Shown here one piece after another: positions 25,423-39,116 of a stretch of 64,000 nt of DNA. Below the pieces are notes generated by a model. That model ran no database searches. It worked only from the letters and a program-made list of their open reading frames with translations, and was not told the origin of the DNA. The stretch's first letter is position 1. Each line of letters begins with the position of its first letter. This DNA is from Macrostomum lignano (Eukaryota), in the NCBI GenBank assembly GCA_002269645.1, contig NIVC01000356.1:496001-560000 (forward strand). Direction: 5' to 3'. The translations under genes were made by a program, and so were the position numbers.

Positions 25423-26574
25423 ATTAATGATTACCAGGTGTTGTAATTCAATTGGAGCAAAGCAGTTTCTGTCTCTTTTGATTGCGATTGTTTTTAACGT
25501 TGTCTTTTTCAAATATGTAACTTAATGCTTTGTTTTATCGACGCTTTTATTAACTCCCCTGTGCGCTCGCCCGTTATTTAACTTAATTCAGTAATTTGTC
25601 AAATATTTTACCAGCTATAACTGATCAATTGCTCTTTAAGGAACTGTAAATCTGGCCTTTTCAATTGAGTTTTAGTCGCGCTGTGTGCAACATTATACTA
25701 TTCGTGAAATTTTCTGGCAAAATGGAAAACACTCCGTCTGTCTGTCTGTACTGTACTCTCTGTTTGTTTTGTCTGACTATTTTGAGCGTGTGTTTACTTT
25801 TTCTGTTTGATTGTTTTATGCACTTGTCCGTTCTGAATTGCTATTTGAATACTATTAATATATTAATATTTATTACTAGTTGTTGCACACTTGTAATTGT
25901 GAAATTTTGCGCATCGAATAACGTGGTGGTCATGCCTTGTTTCTTTTATTAATTTTGGTTCCATGTTCACTCGGCAATACCATGGAATTCCCGTGGAAAG
26001 TCCTTTTTACTGTACATGTCAGTCTAAGAAAGGAAAGAAACTACAGACAGGCCGTGTCATCGAGATTCTATTAGGCGGCGAAGTGTAATTGTCACGAGAA
26101 AACGAAAAAAGCAATTAAGCATAAGCTCCAAGTTTCTACTACTTGTTGCATCAAGCCAAAAGCCGAATTGTTACGGAAATACGAGCTATTAATTTCAGCT
26201 TAACGTCTCTCTTTAGACTGTCGTTGTCGTTCTTCTAACTAACAAATGCTGATTGCTGAAAAGTGTAAAAAGGCCTTACAAAGATTTTGAATACTTTCTG
26301 TTTGAGAAAGTTGGTTCTGTTTAATATGTCCCTGAGTTGTCTGAAGGATAAGGATTCGTTTCTAAATAACACAGATCAAACAGAATTCCTTTAGGTGTAC
26401 GTTATGAACTTATGAACGAGGCCAACTCCTCCATTGGCGGAGTAAGGGGATAGAACTCCCATCGCCAGAATTTCATTCCCTGAAATCCATCAGCTGAATC
26501 CAATGACACGAATCCCATCGTCCAAATCCTCTCAAATCCTCTATTAACCCCCCAAAAATCATGTTGTTTTATCT

Positions 26575-28210
26575 GTTTGCAAAAATTGACTGCCTGCCAT
26601 TGTCCAGATTGAGACTCTCGTCTGTCCCTCTCTCCTCTTTGCTCTCTTATCTCTAATCTCTCCTATCTCCTCTCTGCTCTCATCTGCTCGTTTATCAATC
26701 ATTTCTCATCTCATCTCTTATCTCTCATCTCTACTCTCTTATCTCTCCTTTCTGCACTCTCATATCTATCCTCTTCTTTCTCCTCACTACTTTCTCCTCT
26801 ACTTTTTCCTCTCTTCTCTTTTATCTCTTCACTCTCCTCTCCTTTATCTCCTCTCTGCTCTCTCATCTTTCTACTTTCTCCCCTCTCCTCTCTCCCTTAT
26901 CCTCTCGCTTCTCTCTCCTCTCTCTCCCCTCATCTTTACTCTTTTATCTCTTCTCTCTCGTCTTTTGGCTCTACTCCCTCCTGTCTCCTCTTTCTCCTCT
27001 CTTACCCCCTCTCCTCTCTCCTCTCAATTCCCTCATCTCTTCTCTCGCCTTTATTCTCTTTTTCTTTTCTCTAATCTGTCCCTTTTGATTCTCTCTTTTC
27101 ATGTTCTCTTTCATCTAATATTTTATCCACTCTTTCCTTTTCTCTTTTCTCTATTCCCTTTCATTTAGCCATTTCATCCTCTCCATGAAACAGATATCAT
27201 CAAAATCATCTCCGTTAAATGCAATCCAGCGTGTATCATCTCCTTCAAGCTACAATCCATCAATTAAAAAAAATTATCTCTATCAAATTTCAGTCACTCA
27301 AGACTATGAAACTGAAGTCTATAAAATATGCTTTTTACTTGTCTGGATATACGTCAAAAAATTTAAAAAATCCTCCATAAAACCTCTGAAATATCATAGC
27401 ATGTTTTCCCTGTTTGCAAAAATTGACTGCCAGGTCCAGACTGAGACTCTCTCCTGTCTCCTCTCTCCTCTTTGCTCCTTTATCTAATCTCTTCTCTCTG
27501 CTCTCATCCCCTCTCTCATCTCTACTCTTACTTTCTTATCAATCACCTCCCATCTCTCATCTCTCCTCTCTGCGCTCTTATCTCTTATTTTCTTATCAGT
27601 TATCTCTATTCTCTCATCTTTCCCCTTTGCTCTCTCATTTCTTTTCTCATCTCTCTCCTGAGTCCTCTCTCTCTTCTCTTCTCGCTTCTCTCTCTCCCGT
27701 CTTCTCTCCTGTCTTCTCTCAATTCTCTCTTATCTCTCCTCTTCTCTTCCATCTCTCATCTCTACTCGCTTATCTATCGCCTCTCCTCTACCCTGCCCTC
27801 TCTCTCTCTTCTCTTTTCTCTATCGTCTCTTCTCTCTGCTCTCATTTCTCATACTCCTATTTTCTGTCTTACCCTCTCCTTTTTCATCTCTCATCTTTCC
27901 CCTCTCCTCTCTACCGTCTCCTGTCTCATCTCTCTTCTCTCTTCTCTCTCCTCTGTACTCTCTTATCCCTCTCTCCTCCCATCTTTCCTCCCTCCTTTGC
28001 TCTCTCATTTTTCCTCTCTCCCCTCCTTTCTTCTCTCTACATTCTCTTCTCTTCGCTCTCCCTCTTCATCATTCCCGCCTCACTCCCCTCTTCTCTCCCC
28101 TCTGTCGTCGACTCGTCTTTAATCTCACAGCTCTCATATCTACTGTCTTTTCTATCATCTTTCTATCCTCTCTTCTCCTTGAAATCTCTTCTCTCTACTC
28201 TCTTATCTGA
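26575..28210. repeat. Two tandem CT-rich tracts sharing a leader sequence
   Basis: TGTTTGCAAAAATTGACTGCC..TCCAGA(T/C)TGAGACTCTC precedes the pyrimidine tracts at about 26575 and about 27410. Confidence 0.75.
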
Positions 28211-28964
28211 CGGACTAAAAGCGCCGATAATCAAACCAATTGAAATTTGTCACCCGCCTCCTCCATTACTGAAATCACTCAAATGATAGCTGGCTTGAAT
28301 TTGTGTACGCAACCTCCCCCCAACTACAATCTTGGCAGAAAGTTTAAAAGTATGGAAATCGTTTTTTTCAATGCTGTGCTTTTTGTTTTCATATTTAAAG
28401 CAAATAACTTATATCCCCAAACTCTTGGGGATCTTTCCAGCAATATAAATTCTCTTAAAACTTAAAACTCAAGGAACAGTTACGTTTGAACTTCCCGATT
28501 TAAAGCATCGAAGTATCGACTGTACATTCACTGCCTGCTAGTAAGAGGATCGCAAGTTTATTCATTGAATTTAGCTGCCCAGCTAATACACAGCCTTTTT
28601 TTTGAAAGACGCCGATAATAAAACCAATTGAATCTCGACACAGTCCTTATCTATCTGTTTACACAGTACATTGCTATGTACACACTCAGCCCAAACCAAC
28701 CCCCCTATTCCGGGGGAATCATTAAATTTTACTGCACCCCCAACACGCAGGGGTTTTATTAGCATTGAACCCAGAACACGCGTCACCCACCCCTCCAAAA
28801 CACAGCGACCCGCGGGAGGAGGTTGGGGTGGTTGTTTTTACAATTATGCCACTACCCCTCCACTGGAGAGGCAATGTGGCCAAAGAAGGTTAAGAAAACA
28901 GTTTTCTGCTTTTTTAACGGACTTAATTTTGAAAATTTCAACATTAAAATAGCCTATTTGTTGC

Positions 28965-29672
28965 CAGTGGCGGCGCAGGGGGGGCGGGGGGGGGGCGGGC
29001 TGCCCCCGGGTGACCACCCCTCACCACCCTCAGGGGGTGACCAACCCCAGGGGGTGACCACCCACTTAAAAAAAAATTGGTACTTTACCATATTTTTTCA
29101 AAAGTGTGGTCACTGGTCACCCCATGGCCAGGATGGAATTCTTGTATTTCTCAAGTCAAACGGAATTATGCGATTTTTTTATGGCACGCAAAATATTTTT
29201 TATTGGTCGCATTTTTTATTTTGGTACTTAGCACGTCGCAAAATAACGAAATAACGAAATAACGAAAGACAATAACGAAAAATGCATTCTAAGAAAATGT
29301 AGTGATTTGAATTTTCGTCCAAATACGTATGTTAGAGAATGTTACGAGTTTCTACTTTTTATAGATTTTTTTTCGAATTTTTACTTTTGTGCCTTATTTA
29401 GTTTTTACTTTTTATTCTTTTTTTCTTCGTGATCTTAGCTAGTAGGATTATCTTTTGCAAAATCAAATATCTCAAGCGCACTTTTGCATATATTAAGAAT
29501 TAGAAATTTTGTCTGAAATTCTGCGACGCATTTTTTTTCGGATTTTTTGACGCAAAATCGCATAACGCGTTGTGATTTTTTTTGATAATTTTTTCTGGGG
29601 GTGACCACCCAGCCGGGGGGGGGTGACCACCCAACCACCGCCCCCCCAGCTGGAGGTCCTGCGCCGCCACTG
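28965..29672. mobile_element. 708-bp hAT-type MITE
   Basis: 15-bp TIR CAGTGGCGGCGCAGG, subterminal GGGGTGACCACC repeats, and 8-bp TSD TTTGTTGC at 28957-28964 and 29673-29680. Confidence 0.92.
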
Positions 29673-30350
29673 TTTGTTGCGTAGGAAAATTCTGGATTGA
29701 TATATATAAGTCTCGCATTTGAGTTGCCAGCCGTTTAGGAGGAGATCCGCGTTAAACCCGGCCGGTCGATCGATCGATCGGTCCGCTCAGCTTTAGATAT
29801 AAGATGGACATTCATTCATTCAAGCATACAAACCTTAGAGATTTAGTATATTTAGATTTAGCTCCATGTTCAGACGGCATTGCCATGGAATTTCCGTGGA
29901 AACTCCTTTCTGGTCATAAAAAGAAACGATCGTGGCCAGAGTCGTCACAGCCACATCCTTTACGAAATGAGAGAGAAAGCATGACTCTCCATTTCAACGA
30001 ATATTTGTACTTCGAAGTAACATGCCAAAAGCTTAACTCTCACTTTTTCATGACGTCAATATTCTGAGATTAACGTCGGTCAATCTTTGAATTTTTGTTA
30101 TTCTTAGTATCACTGATGCTAGCTTTAGCTGCTGTCCAATAAAAATTTCCCTAGGCAAGGTAAACTCTGAATATGTTCTAAAAATAGATTGCGCGCACTC
30201 GCTGTACAGAATTCCTCAGTTCCATGTTTGCCAAATACAAGAATGGAATTGCCGTGGAATTCCCTTGGCTCTGAATAAATAGCTCGTATAACCAAGAAAT
30301 AGCTTAAGTTTCCTGTTATTTTCGTTCACGTTAGATTTTTGAACAAGGCA

Positions 30351-32283
30351 ATGGCCGAAAGCAGTCAGCTGCAGATGGGCTACAAGATCGGCGGCATAGA
30401 CAAGCTGGAATCCAGATACAAGTGCGCCCACTGTCACCTGCTGCTGAGAGAGCCGATGCAAGGAGACTGCGGTCACCGCTACTGCAGGAACTGCGTGCAG
30501 CTCAAGTTCAACGAGGCCAAGCAGAAGGGCGAGCCGTCTCTCTGCCTGGAATGCGACTCAAGCGACAGCGACAGGGCAGAAATTTCGCCAGACCGAACCT
30601 ACCCTGACATGGCCATCAAGAGGGAGATCAACAAGTCGCTGAAGGTGCAGTGCCCGAACTCTCCTTGCGACAAGGTGATGCAGGTGAGGGAGCTGGACGA
30701 TCACCTTCAAGAGTGTAAGTTCAGGCCCGAGCCTTGCGAGCTGTGCGGAGAATTGGTTGCTATGCAGATTCTGGCTGAGCACAAAGAGCAGAAATGCCGC
30801 AGAAGACTTGTGCCCTGCGATGTGTGCAAGGAGCGAGTAGCCTTTGAGTCATTGGATGAGCACAAGAGCTCAACTTGCATTGGCAGTACAGTGGAGTGCG
30901 AGTTCTGCTTGGCTCGCGTCAAGGACAACGAAGAGGCCAAGAGCTCTCACTGGTTGGAGGAATGTCCGGTCGGGTGGCACACCGGACGGTGTCCTTTCGG
31001 GTGTTCGGTCATGTCCGAGGGTTGGGAGAAGCACCGGATACAGCACCAGGCCACCCACATTGACAGGCTGCTGGCCTTGTCAAAGCGGCAGCAGCAGCAG
31101 CAGGCTGATCCACCAGAGCAGAGCCTCGTGCCCGTCTCCAGGGGAGCAGCGGCGGCGGCAGCGGCGGGAACTTCAGTGCCGGCCTCCGAGCTGACTGGGT
31201 CCGACTTTGAAGAGCTGAGCCGGCTGAAGGAGAAGGCGGCTTCCTTGGAGTCCAGGATGAAGTCCATGGCGCTGCCCACAGACTTGGCGAAGATGCTGAA
31301 GGACCTCCAAGGCAGCATCGTGCAGGGCGACAAGGTGAAGGAGCTGCTTCAGGTGATCAAGGAGCAGTTCGACAACTGCTACGACAAGATCAGGCAGTAC
31401 GAGCTGCGGATGCAGAAGGACTTGGAGAAGAAGCTGGACATCGAGCGGAAGCACCAGGAGCTGGTGAAGCTGCTGGCCTACAAAGAGATGAAGATTCTCG
31501 ACCTCGAGAGGCGCGTTGAGGTTCTTGAGCACGCTGGCTACGACGGGGTTCTTGTGTGGAAGATCACGGATGTGCGGCGGCGCAAAGAGGAGGCGCGGGA
31601 GGGCAAAGTGTGCTCGATCTACTCGCCTCCGTTCTACACGGGCAAGGCTGGGTGAGTTTTGACTGACGCTTCCACGGGTTCGAATTCTCTCCAATCCGCC
31701 CCTCAATCCGCCAATCCACTCCTCAATCCGCCAATTCGCCCTTCAATCCGCCAATCCACCCTTCAATCCGCCAATCCGCCACTCAATCTTAGAACCGCCC
31801 CTCAATCCGTCAATCCACCCTTTAATCCGCTTCCAACCGCTCGTGAATCCGCCAATTGCCCCATCCACCCTTCAATCCGCCCCTATCCGCCCCTTAATCC
31901 GCCCCTCAATCCACCCCATCCGCCCCAGCTACAAGATGTGCGGACGACTCTACCTGAATGGCGACGGCGCCGGCAAGAACACGCACATCAGCCTCTTCTT
32001 CGTGATCATGCGCGGTGCCTTCGACGCCCTGCTGCCGTGGCCCTTCGCCAAGAAGGTCTCCATGATGCTGCTGGACCAGAACTTCGACGAGCACGTGATC
32101 GACGCCTTCAAGCCGGACACTTCGTCGTCTTCGTTCAAGCGGCCCAGCACGGACATGAACATCGCATCGGGCTGCCCGCTGTTCATGCCGCTGGCCGACT
32201 TCGAGAACGGCAGTCGCGGCTACGTCAAGGACGACGCAATGTTCATCAAGTTCATCGTGGACAAGAGCGACCTGCCTACTTAA
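30351..32283 (+). CDS. TRAF2/3: TNF receptor-associated factor, TRAF2/3-type, copy B (551 aa)
   Basis: Exons 30351-31651 and 31929-32283; same intron position and phase as copy A and a nearly identical protein. Confidence 0.95.
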
Positions 32284-32574
32284 AGTACGAGCTACAACGT
32301 AGAGTTTTGCTAAAAGAAAAACTTTGCTTATGGTCCTAAGGAATTAATGTACATACTTGAACTAATTTTGTAAGTATGTAAGTACTCCGTATGTAAGTGT
32401 GTTGTGAATAGAGCCAGTGAAATATTGTGTATTTTTTCCGAAATTTCTATCATTTATTGCGATCATGTTATTTGAAAAGTGTTTTGCCGCTTTCTAAAGT
32501 CTTTGATAACCTTGTAGAATTCTAGCGTGTCTAGCATGTGGGATTCTGGTTCTTGGGGGTTTCAATGAAAAAAT

Positions 32575-35500
32575 CATCTAGAACAGCTGAGCTGGGCAAG
32601 GAGTCTATAGAACAGCTAGGCAAGGAGTCTATAGAACAGCTAGGCAAGGAGTCTATAGAACAGCTAAGCAAGGAGTCTATAGAACAGCTAGGCAAGGAGT
32701 CTATAGAACAGCTAGGCAAGGAGTCTATAGAACAGCTGGGCAACAAGTCTATAGAACAGCTAGGCAGGAAGTCTATAGAACAGCTAGGCAAGGAGTCTAT
32801 AGAACAGCTAGGCAACAAGTCTATAGAACAGCTGGGCAACAAGTCTATAGAACAGCTAGGCAAGGAGTCTATAGAACAGCTAGGCAAGGAGTCTATAGAA
32901 CAGCTAGGCAACGAGTCTATAGAACAGCTAGGCAAGGAGTCTATAGAACAGCTAGGCAAGGAGTCTACAGAACAGCTAGGCAAGGAGTCTATAGAACAGC
33001 TGGGAAACAAGTCTATAGAACAGCTAGGCAAGGAGTCTATAGAACAGCTAGGCAAGGAGTCTATAGAACAGCTAGGCAAGGAGTCTATAGAACAGCTAGG
33101 CAACGAGTCTATAGAACAGCTAGGCAAGGAGTCTATAGAACAGCTAGGCAAGGAGTCTACAGAACAGCTAGGCAAGGAGTCTATAGAACAGCTGGGAAAC
33201 AAGTCTATAGAACAGCTAGGCAAGGAGTCTATAGAACAGCTAGGCAAGGAGTCTATAGAACAGCTAGGCAAGGAATCTATAGAACAGCTAGGCAAGGAGT
33301 CTATAGAACAGCTAGGCAAGAAGTCTATAGAACAGCTAGGCAAGGTGTCTATAGAACAGCTAGGCAGGAAGTCTATAGAACAGCTAGGCAAGGAGTCTAT
33401 AGAACAGCTGGGCAGGAAGTCTATAGAACAGCTAGGCAAGTAGTCTATAGAACAGCTAGGCAAGGAGTCTATAGAACAGCTAGGCAACGAGTCTATAGAA
33501 CAGCTGGGAAACAAGTCTATAGAACAGCTAGGGAGGAAGTCTATAGAACAGCTAGGCAAGGAGTCTATAGAACAGCTAGGCAAGGAGTCTATAGAACAGC
33601 TAGGCAGGAAGTCTATAGAACAGCTAGGCAAGGTGTCTATAGAACAGCTAGGCAAGGAGTCTATAGAACAGCTAGGCAACAAGTCTATAGAACAGCTGGG
33701 CAAGTAGTCTATAAAACAGCTAGGCAAGGAGTCTATAGAACAGCTAGGCAAGGAGTCTATAGAACAGCTAGGCAAGGAGTCTATAGAACAGCTAGGCAAG
33801 GAGTCTATAGAACAGCTAGGCAAGGAGTCTATAGAACAGCTAGGCAAGAAGTCTACAGAACAGTTAAGCTGAGCAAGGAGTCTATAGAACAGCTGGGCAA
33901 GGAGTCTATAGAACAGTTGAGCTGAGCAAGGAGTCTATAGAACAGCTAGGCAGGAAGTCTATAGAACAGCTAGGCAACGAGTCTATAGAATAGCTAGGCA
34001 ATGAGTCTACAGAACAGCTAGGCAAGGAGTCTACAGAACAGCTAGGCAGGGAGTCTATAGAACAGCTGGGCAAGTAGTCTATAGAACAGCTAGGCAAGGA
34101 GTCTATAGAACAGCTAGGCAACAAGTCTATAGAACAGCTGGGCAAGGAGTCTATAGAACAGCTAGGCAAGGAGTCTATAGAACAGCTAGGCAAGGAGTCT
34201 ATAGAACAGCTTGGCAACGAGTCTATAGAATAGCTAGGCAATGAGTCTACAGAACAGCGAGGCAAGGAGTCTATAGAACAGCTAGGCAAGGAGTCTATAG
34301 AACAGCTGGGCAAGTAGTCTATAGAACAGCTAGGCAAGGAGTCTATAGAACAGCTAGGCAGGAAGTCTATAGAACAGCTGGGCAAGGAGTCTATAGAACA
34401 GCTAGGCAAGGAGTCTATAGAACAGCTGGGCAACAAGTCTATAGAACAGCTAGGCAGGAAGTCTATAGAACAGCTAGGCAAGGAGTCTATAGAAAAGCTA
34501 GGCAACAAGTCTATAGAACAGCTAGGCAAGGAGTCTATAGAACAGCTAGGCAAGAAGTCTATAGAACAGCTAGGCAGGAAGTCTATAGAACAGCTAGGCA
34601 ACGAGTCTATAGAATAGCTAGGCAATGAGTCTACAGAACAGCTAGGCAAGGAGTCTACAGAACAGCTAGGCAGGGAGTCTATAGAACAGCTGGGCAAGTA
34701 GTCTATAGAACAGCTAGGCAAGGAGTCTATAGAACAGCTAGGCAGGAAGTCTATAGAACAGCTGGGCAAGGAGTCTATAGAACAGCTAGGCAAGGAGTCT
34801 ATAGAACAGCTAGGCAGGGAGTCTATAGAACAGCTAGGCAACGAGTCTATAGAATAGGTAGGCAATGAGTCTACAGAACAGCTAGGCAAGGAGTCTATAG
34901 AACAGCTAGGCAAGGAGTCTATAGAACAGCTGGGCAAGTAGTCTATAGAACAGCTAGGCAAGGAGTCTATAGAACAGCTAGGCAAGGAGTCTATAGAACA
35001 GCTGGGCAAGGAGTCTATAGAACAGCTAGGCAAGGAGTCTATAGAACAGCTAGGCAGGAAGTCTATAGAACAGCTAGGCAAGGAGTCTATAGAACAGCTG
35101 GGCAAGTAGTCTATAGAACAGCTAGGCAAGGAGTCTATAGAACAGCTGGGCAGGAAGTCTATAGAACAGCTAGGCAACGAGTCTATAGAATAGCTAGGCA
35201 ATGAGTCTACAGAACAGCTAGGCAAGGAGTCTATAGAACAGCTAGGCAAGGAGTCTATAGAACAGCTGGGCAAGTAGTCTATAGAACAGCTAGGCAAGGA
35301 GTCTATAGAACAGCTAGGCAACAAGTCTATAGAACAGCTGGGCAAGGAGTCTAAAGAACAGTTGAGCTGAGCAAGGAGTCTATAGAACAGCTAGGCAGGA
35401 AGTCTATAGAACAGCTAGGCAACGAATCTATAGAATAGCTAGGCAATGAGTCTACAGAACAGCTAGGCAAGGAGTCTACAGAACAGCTAGGCAGGGAGTC

Positions 35501-38405
35501 TATAGAACAGCTGGGCAAGTAGTCTATAGAACAGCTAGGCAAGGAGTCTATAGAACAGCTAGGCAGGAAGTCTATAGAACAGCTGGGCAAGGAGTCTATA
35601 GAACAGCTAGGCAAGAAGTCTATAGAACAGCTAGGCAGGGAGTCTATAGAACAGCTAGGCAATGAGTCTACAGAACAGCTAGGCAAGGAGTCTATAGAAC
35701 AGCTAGGCAAGGAGTCTATAGAACAGCTGGGCAAGTAGTCTATAGAACAGCTAGGCAAGGAGACTATAGAACAGCTAGGCAGGAAGTCTATAGAACAGCT
35801 GGGCAAGGAGTCTATAGAACAGCTAGGCAAGGAGTCTATAGAACAGCTAGGCAGGAAGTCTATAGAACAGCTAGGCAAGGAGTCTATAGAACAGCTGGGC
35901 AAGTAGTCTATAGAACAGCTAGGCAAGGAGTCTATAGAACAGCTAGGCAGGAAGTCTATAGAACAGCTGGGCAAGGAGTCTATAGAACAGCTAGGCAAGG
36001 AGTCTATAGAACAGCTAGGCAGGAAGTCTATAGAACAGCTAGGCAAGGAGTCTATAGAACAGCTGGGCAAGTAGTCTATAGAACAGCTAGGCAAGGAGTC
36101 TATAGAACAGCTGGGCAGGAAGTCTATAGAACAGCTAGGCAACGAGTCTATAGAATAGCTAGGCAATGAGTCTACAGAACAGCTAGGCAAGGAGTCTATA
36201 GAACAGCTAGGCAAGGTGTCTATAGAACAGCTGGGCAAGTAGTCTATAGAACAGCTAGGCAAGGAGTCTATAGAACAGCTAGGCAGGAAGTCTATAGAAC
36301 AGCTGGGCAAGGAGTCTATAGAACAGCTAGGCAAGGAGTCTATAGAACAGCTAGGCAGGAAGTCTATAGAACAGCTGGGCAAGGAGTCTATAGAACAGCT
36401 AGGCAAGGAGTCTATAGAACAGCTAGGCAGGAAGTCTATAGAACAGCTGGGCAAGGAGTCTATAGAACAGCTAGGCAGGAAGTCTATAGAACAGCTAGGC
36501 AACGAGTCTATAGAATAGCTAGGCAATGAGTCTACAGAACAGCTAGGCAAGGAGTCTATAGAACAGCTAGGCAAGGAGTCTATAGAACAGCTGGGCAAGT
36601 AGTCTATAGAACAGCTAGGCAGGAAGTCTATAGAACAGCTAGGCAAGGAGTCTATAGAACAGCTGGGCAAGTAGTCTATAGAACAGCTAGGCAAGGAGTC
36701 TATAGAACAGCTAGGCAACAAGTCTATAGAACAGCTGGGCAAGGAGTCTATAGAACAGTTGAGCTGAGCAAGGAGTCTATAGAACAGCTAGGCAGGAAGT
36801 CTATAGAACAGCTAGGCAACGAGTCTATAGAATAGCTAGGCAATGAGTCTACAGAACAGCTAGGCAAGGAGTCTACAGAACAGCTAGGCAGGGAGTCTAT
36901 AGAACAGCTGGGCAAGTAGTCTATAGAACAGCTAGGCAAGGAGTCTATAGAACAGCTAGGCAGGAAGTCTATAGAACAGCTGGGCAAGGAGTCTATAGAA
37001 CAGCTAGGCAAGGAGTCTATAGAACAGCTAGGCAGGGAGTCTATAGAACAGCTAGGCAACGAGTCTATAGAATAGCTAGGCAATGAGTCTACAGAACAGC
37101 TAGGCAAGGAGTCTATAGAACAGCTAGGCAAGGAGTCTATAGAACAGCTGGGCAAGTAGTCTATAGAACAGCTAGGCAAGGAGTCTATAGAACAGCTAGG
37201 CAGGAAGTCTATAGAACAGCTGGGCAAATAGTCTATAGAACAGCTAGGCAAGGAGTCTATAGAACAGCTAGGCAGGAAGTCTATAGAACAGCTAGGCAAG
37301 GAGTCTATAGAACAGCTGGGCAAGTAGTCTATAGAACAGCTAGGCAAGGAGTCTATAGAACAGCTAGGCAGGAAGTCTATAGAACAGCTGGGCAAGGAGT
37401 CTATAGAACAGCTGGGCAACAAGTCTATAGAACAGCTAGGCAGGAAGTCTATAGAACAGCTAGGCAAGGAGTCTATAGAACAGCTGGGCAAGTAGTCTAT
37501 AGAACAGCTAGGCAAGGAGTCTATAGAACAGCTGGGCAGGAAGTCTATAGAACAGCTAGGCAACGAGTCTATAGAATAGCTAGGCAATGAGTCTACAGAA
37601 CAGCTAGGCAAGGAGTCTATAGAACAGCTAGGCAAGGTGTCTATAGAACAGCTGGGCAGGAAGTCTATAGAACAGCTAGGCAAGGAGTCTATAGAACAGC
37701 TAGGCAAGGAGTCTATAGAACAGCTAGGCAGGAAGTCTATAGAACAGCTGGGCAAGGAGTCTATAGAACAGCTAGGCAGGAAGTCTATAGAACAGCTAGG
37801 CAACGAGTCTATAGAATAGCTAGGCAATGAGTCTACAGAACAGCTAGGCAAGGAGTCTATAGAACAGCTAGGCAAGGAGTCTATAGAACAGCTGGGCAAG
37901 TAGTCTATAGAACAGCTAGGCAGGAAGTCTATAGAACAGCTAGGCAAGGAGTCTATAGAACAGCTGGGCAAGTAGTCTATAGAACAGCTGGGCAAGTAGT
38001 CTATAGAACAGCTAGGCAAGGAGTCTATAGAACAGCTAGGCAACAAGTCTATAGAACAGCTGGGCAAGGAGTCTATAGAACAGCTAGGCAAGGAGTCTAT
38101 AGAACAGCTAGGCAGGAAGTCTATAGAACAGCTGGGCAAGGAGTCTATAGAACAGCTAGGCAGGAAGTCTATAGAACAGCTAGGCAACGAGTCTATAGAA
38201 CAGCTAGGCAGGAAGTCTATAGAACAGCTAGGCAACGAGTCTATAGAATAGCTAGGCAATAAATCTATAGAACAGCTAGGCAATAAATCTATAGAACAGC
38301 TAGGCAATAAATCTATAGAACCAGCTGGGCAAGAAATCTATAGAACAGCTAGGCAATAAATCTATAGAACAGCTGGGCAATAAATCTATAGAACAGCTAG
38401 GCAAA
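32575..38405. repeat. 5.8-kb 24-bp minisatellite with higher-order structure
   Basis: Unit GGCAAGGAGTCTATAGAACAGCTA, about 240 copies; a 29-bp marker unit recurs at about 33911, 35356 and 36753. Confidence 0.97.
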
Positions 38406-38847
38406 CTTTTTTACAGTCTCTGGTTAGGGAAAACCTGATGAATCAAGCAAGCACTAGAAGAAAGCAGAACCCATGCAGTGCCAATTCTCTAAAACTTCAT
38501 CCGTGGTTGCCCGAGCTCCAAGAGACTGCAAACTCTGTCGCACGATCGGGCAGCTGCCGCGCGCATGCACCATGCATGACTCAATCAGCTGCACTCAACT
38601 TGCAGCAGCCCGCAATCAACACACTCGCACATGCAGATTCGAACAAAAAGTCACGCTCATCTCCCAGAGTCTCCAGAGAGAACTGATACTCTGCTCACCT
38701 GTACCCGCCTGCCTGCCTGCCGGCTTGTTTGCGCTTCGCAATCGCTGATAACATCCAATCCTAAAAAGGCCACCCAATGCAGATGGGAATCCAGCTCGAG
38801 AAAATAGTTCGATTTCCCTCCGAATCGAATTGGATCTCCAAACCGCA

Positions 38848-39085
38848 ATGCCGACACCGTCGCCCTCGCCCTCGCCGCAGCCGCCGACAACTCGGCAACG
38901 CTCGAAGCCACGGCCAAGTCGTGCGCGACACGCCGACTTCGAGTTCAGCACCGTCTACGTGGACGAAGATCTGGACTTGGAGGACGTCCTGCAGCAGTTG
39001 CGAGTCGAACAGCACCAGCGACACTCGAGGCCGTCGGCTGCCGGGCTTGCGACACCGACGCCGCCGCAGTCGGCAGGTCGGAGAA

Positions 39086-39116
<31 letters not shown>

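Noticed and set aside
32531-38307. Very long ORFs (PSCSIDSL / GKESIEQL repeats, 300-519 aa)
   Set aside because: They are products of a 24-bp minisatellite with no stop in some frames, and have no unique sequence, start context or splice support.
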